Positions 62,898 through 64,000 of a stretch of 64,000 nt of DNA are shown one piece after another. The DNA is from Ranitomeya imitator (Eukaryota): the NCBI RefSeq assembly GCF_032444005.1, contig NC_091282.1, positions 780,332,001 through 780,396,000 of the forward strand, read 5' to 3'. A model generated the notes under the pieces. It searched no databases. It had not been told where the DNA came from and saw only the letters and a program-made list of their open reading frames with translations. Both the position numbers and the translations under genes were made by a program. Numbering within the stretch: the first letter of the stretch is position 1; each line of letters starts with the position of its first letter.

Positions 62898-63842
62898 TTT
62901 ACACTCAATCATGACCAATTTATTAAGTGGCCGGGCTACTTAATGAATTTGAGGTTTTTGCAGGTCCTTGAGAGTAAAAAGCAAATTATGTGCAGGCGAA
63001 GTTTTGTGCTATAAATTTTAACTTGTTTCTGGCATAAATCATATAGAATTTATCCAGCAGCGGTGGCGAGGTCTTCTGCTGAGGTGCCACCTGACTTTTA
63101 AAAAAAGTAAGAGTGGTTTATAAATGAAGATGCAAATATTTGTTCAAAACAGACATGCACCAACATCTTCAGCTTTTTGCCGCTAGAAAACTGGTGTAAG
63201 TAAACGTAATCTCCACATTTGTTCCGTTTTTTCTACATTTTTCAAAACCACTTCTTTCATTTAGATATTAATTTCTTACACGTTAAGATGTCTGCTTCAT
63301 GTTAGTGAATGAAAGATATTTTGCATCTAGAGGCTAAAAACTCATCCTGACTTGTTTAATACAGTTGTAGCCGATCTATGTAATTTTCAGTGACCCTGAC
63401 ACCGCGGCCACAAATCTTACTATGGTCCTATATTCCAAGCCTGTAGTGCACGGTGCCATCTCACATGCCACATCAATAATGATTACAGGTGATTATCATG
63501 CAGCCACACAATGCTCTTGTTTTTTTTCCATTTTACTGTGGTTTATGGTTATACAGCTTTTACAGATGAGCACCAGTTTGACTTGTACAAGCCGCAGGGC
63601 TGAATGTGGCACCACATGTAACAATCCCCCCTGGGCTACGTCTACATGATGACTTGCCATGTAATGTTGCTCAACTACATTGCGGCTACAATCAGAGCTA
63701 CTCGAGTTCTGCGAGACCACGTTCACCATCATTAGTTCTGACTGCCAGCGATTTTAACATTGCGTAGCCACAAGTTGCTGTTTGGCCCTAGCCTTTCCCA
63801 CTCTGACACTAGAACACACAACAGCCGTAAGAGCAGAGTTAA

Positions 63843-64000
63843 GGTACCTTCACACAACGATATCGTTAAGGATATCGTTGCAATGTCACGCTTTTTGTCA
63901 CGTAGCAACGATCCCGCTAATGATATCGTTATGTGTGACAGCGACCAACGATCAGGCCCATGCTGGGAGATCGTTGGTGGCTGGGGAATGATCAGGACCT
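63843..64000. mobile_element. GGTACC-family MITE cut off by the window end
   Basis: ttaa-ggtaccttcacacaacgatatcg... matches the start of 52201. Confidence 0.75.

Noticed and set aside
61500-64000. Possible 3' end of a neighbouring gene (PPP4R3A lies upstream of CCDC88C in human, from memory)
   Set aside because: No frame resembling it was recognised, and the short ORFs lack splice support.

Overview
This is vertebrate genomic DNA. The repeat families point to an anuran (frog), which is an inference. The only host gene I can support is the 5' end of CCDC88C (Daple) on the minus strand, with three coding exons: 24601-24660, 20386-20486 and 15814-15922. Together they read MDITISQLLDLFLESPLVTW / [34 protein letters not shown] / [36 protein letters not shown]. 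All flanking splice sites are canonical GT-AG and the phases match. Bases 1-15813 are intron 3; I did not find exon 4. Most of the rest is transposable elements, many deeply nested. They include an intact 1300-aa L1-clade ORF2 with target-site duplication (TSD), a degraded L1, a near-complete DIRS element, three Tc1 relics, L2/CR1 fragments, a tRNA-derived SINE, a solo LTR, head-to-tail Helitron-like elements, and many Harbinger-like, hAT-like and Kolobok/T2-like MITEs. There are also large non-coding TTAA/piggyBac-like elements that carry ~390-bp tandem arrays and telomere-like repeats. The most unusual item is a ~1.5-kb non-coding insertion in intron 3 (202-5955 once a nested transposon is removed). 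It has a 14-bp TSD, a 191-bp inverted repeat and a minimal type I hammerhead ribozyme (5661-5708) on the same strand as the host pre-mRNA. A five-level nest at 46-61 kb can be fully reconstructed. Most short ORFs in the supplied track are repeat artefacts.
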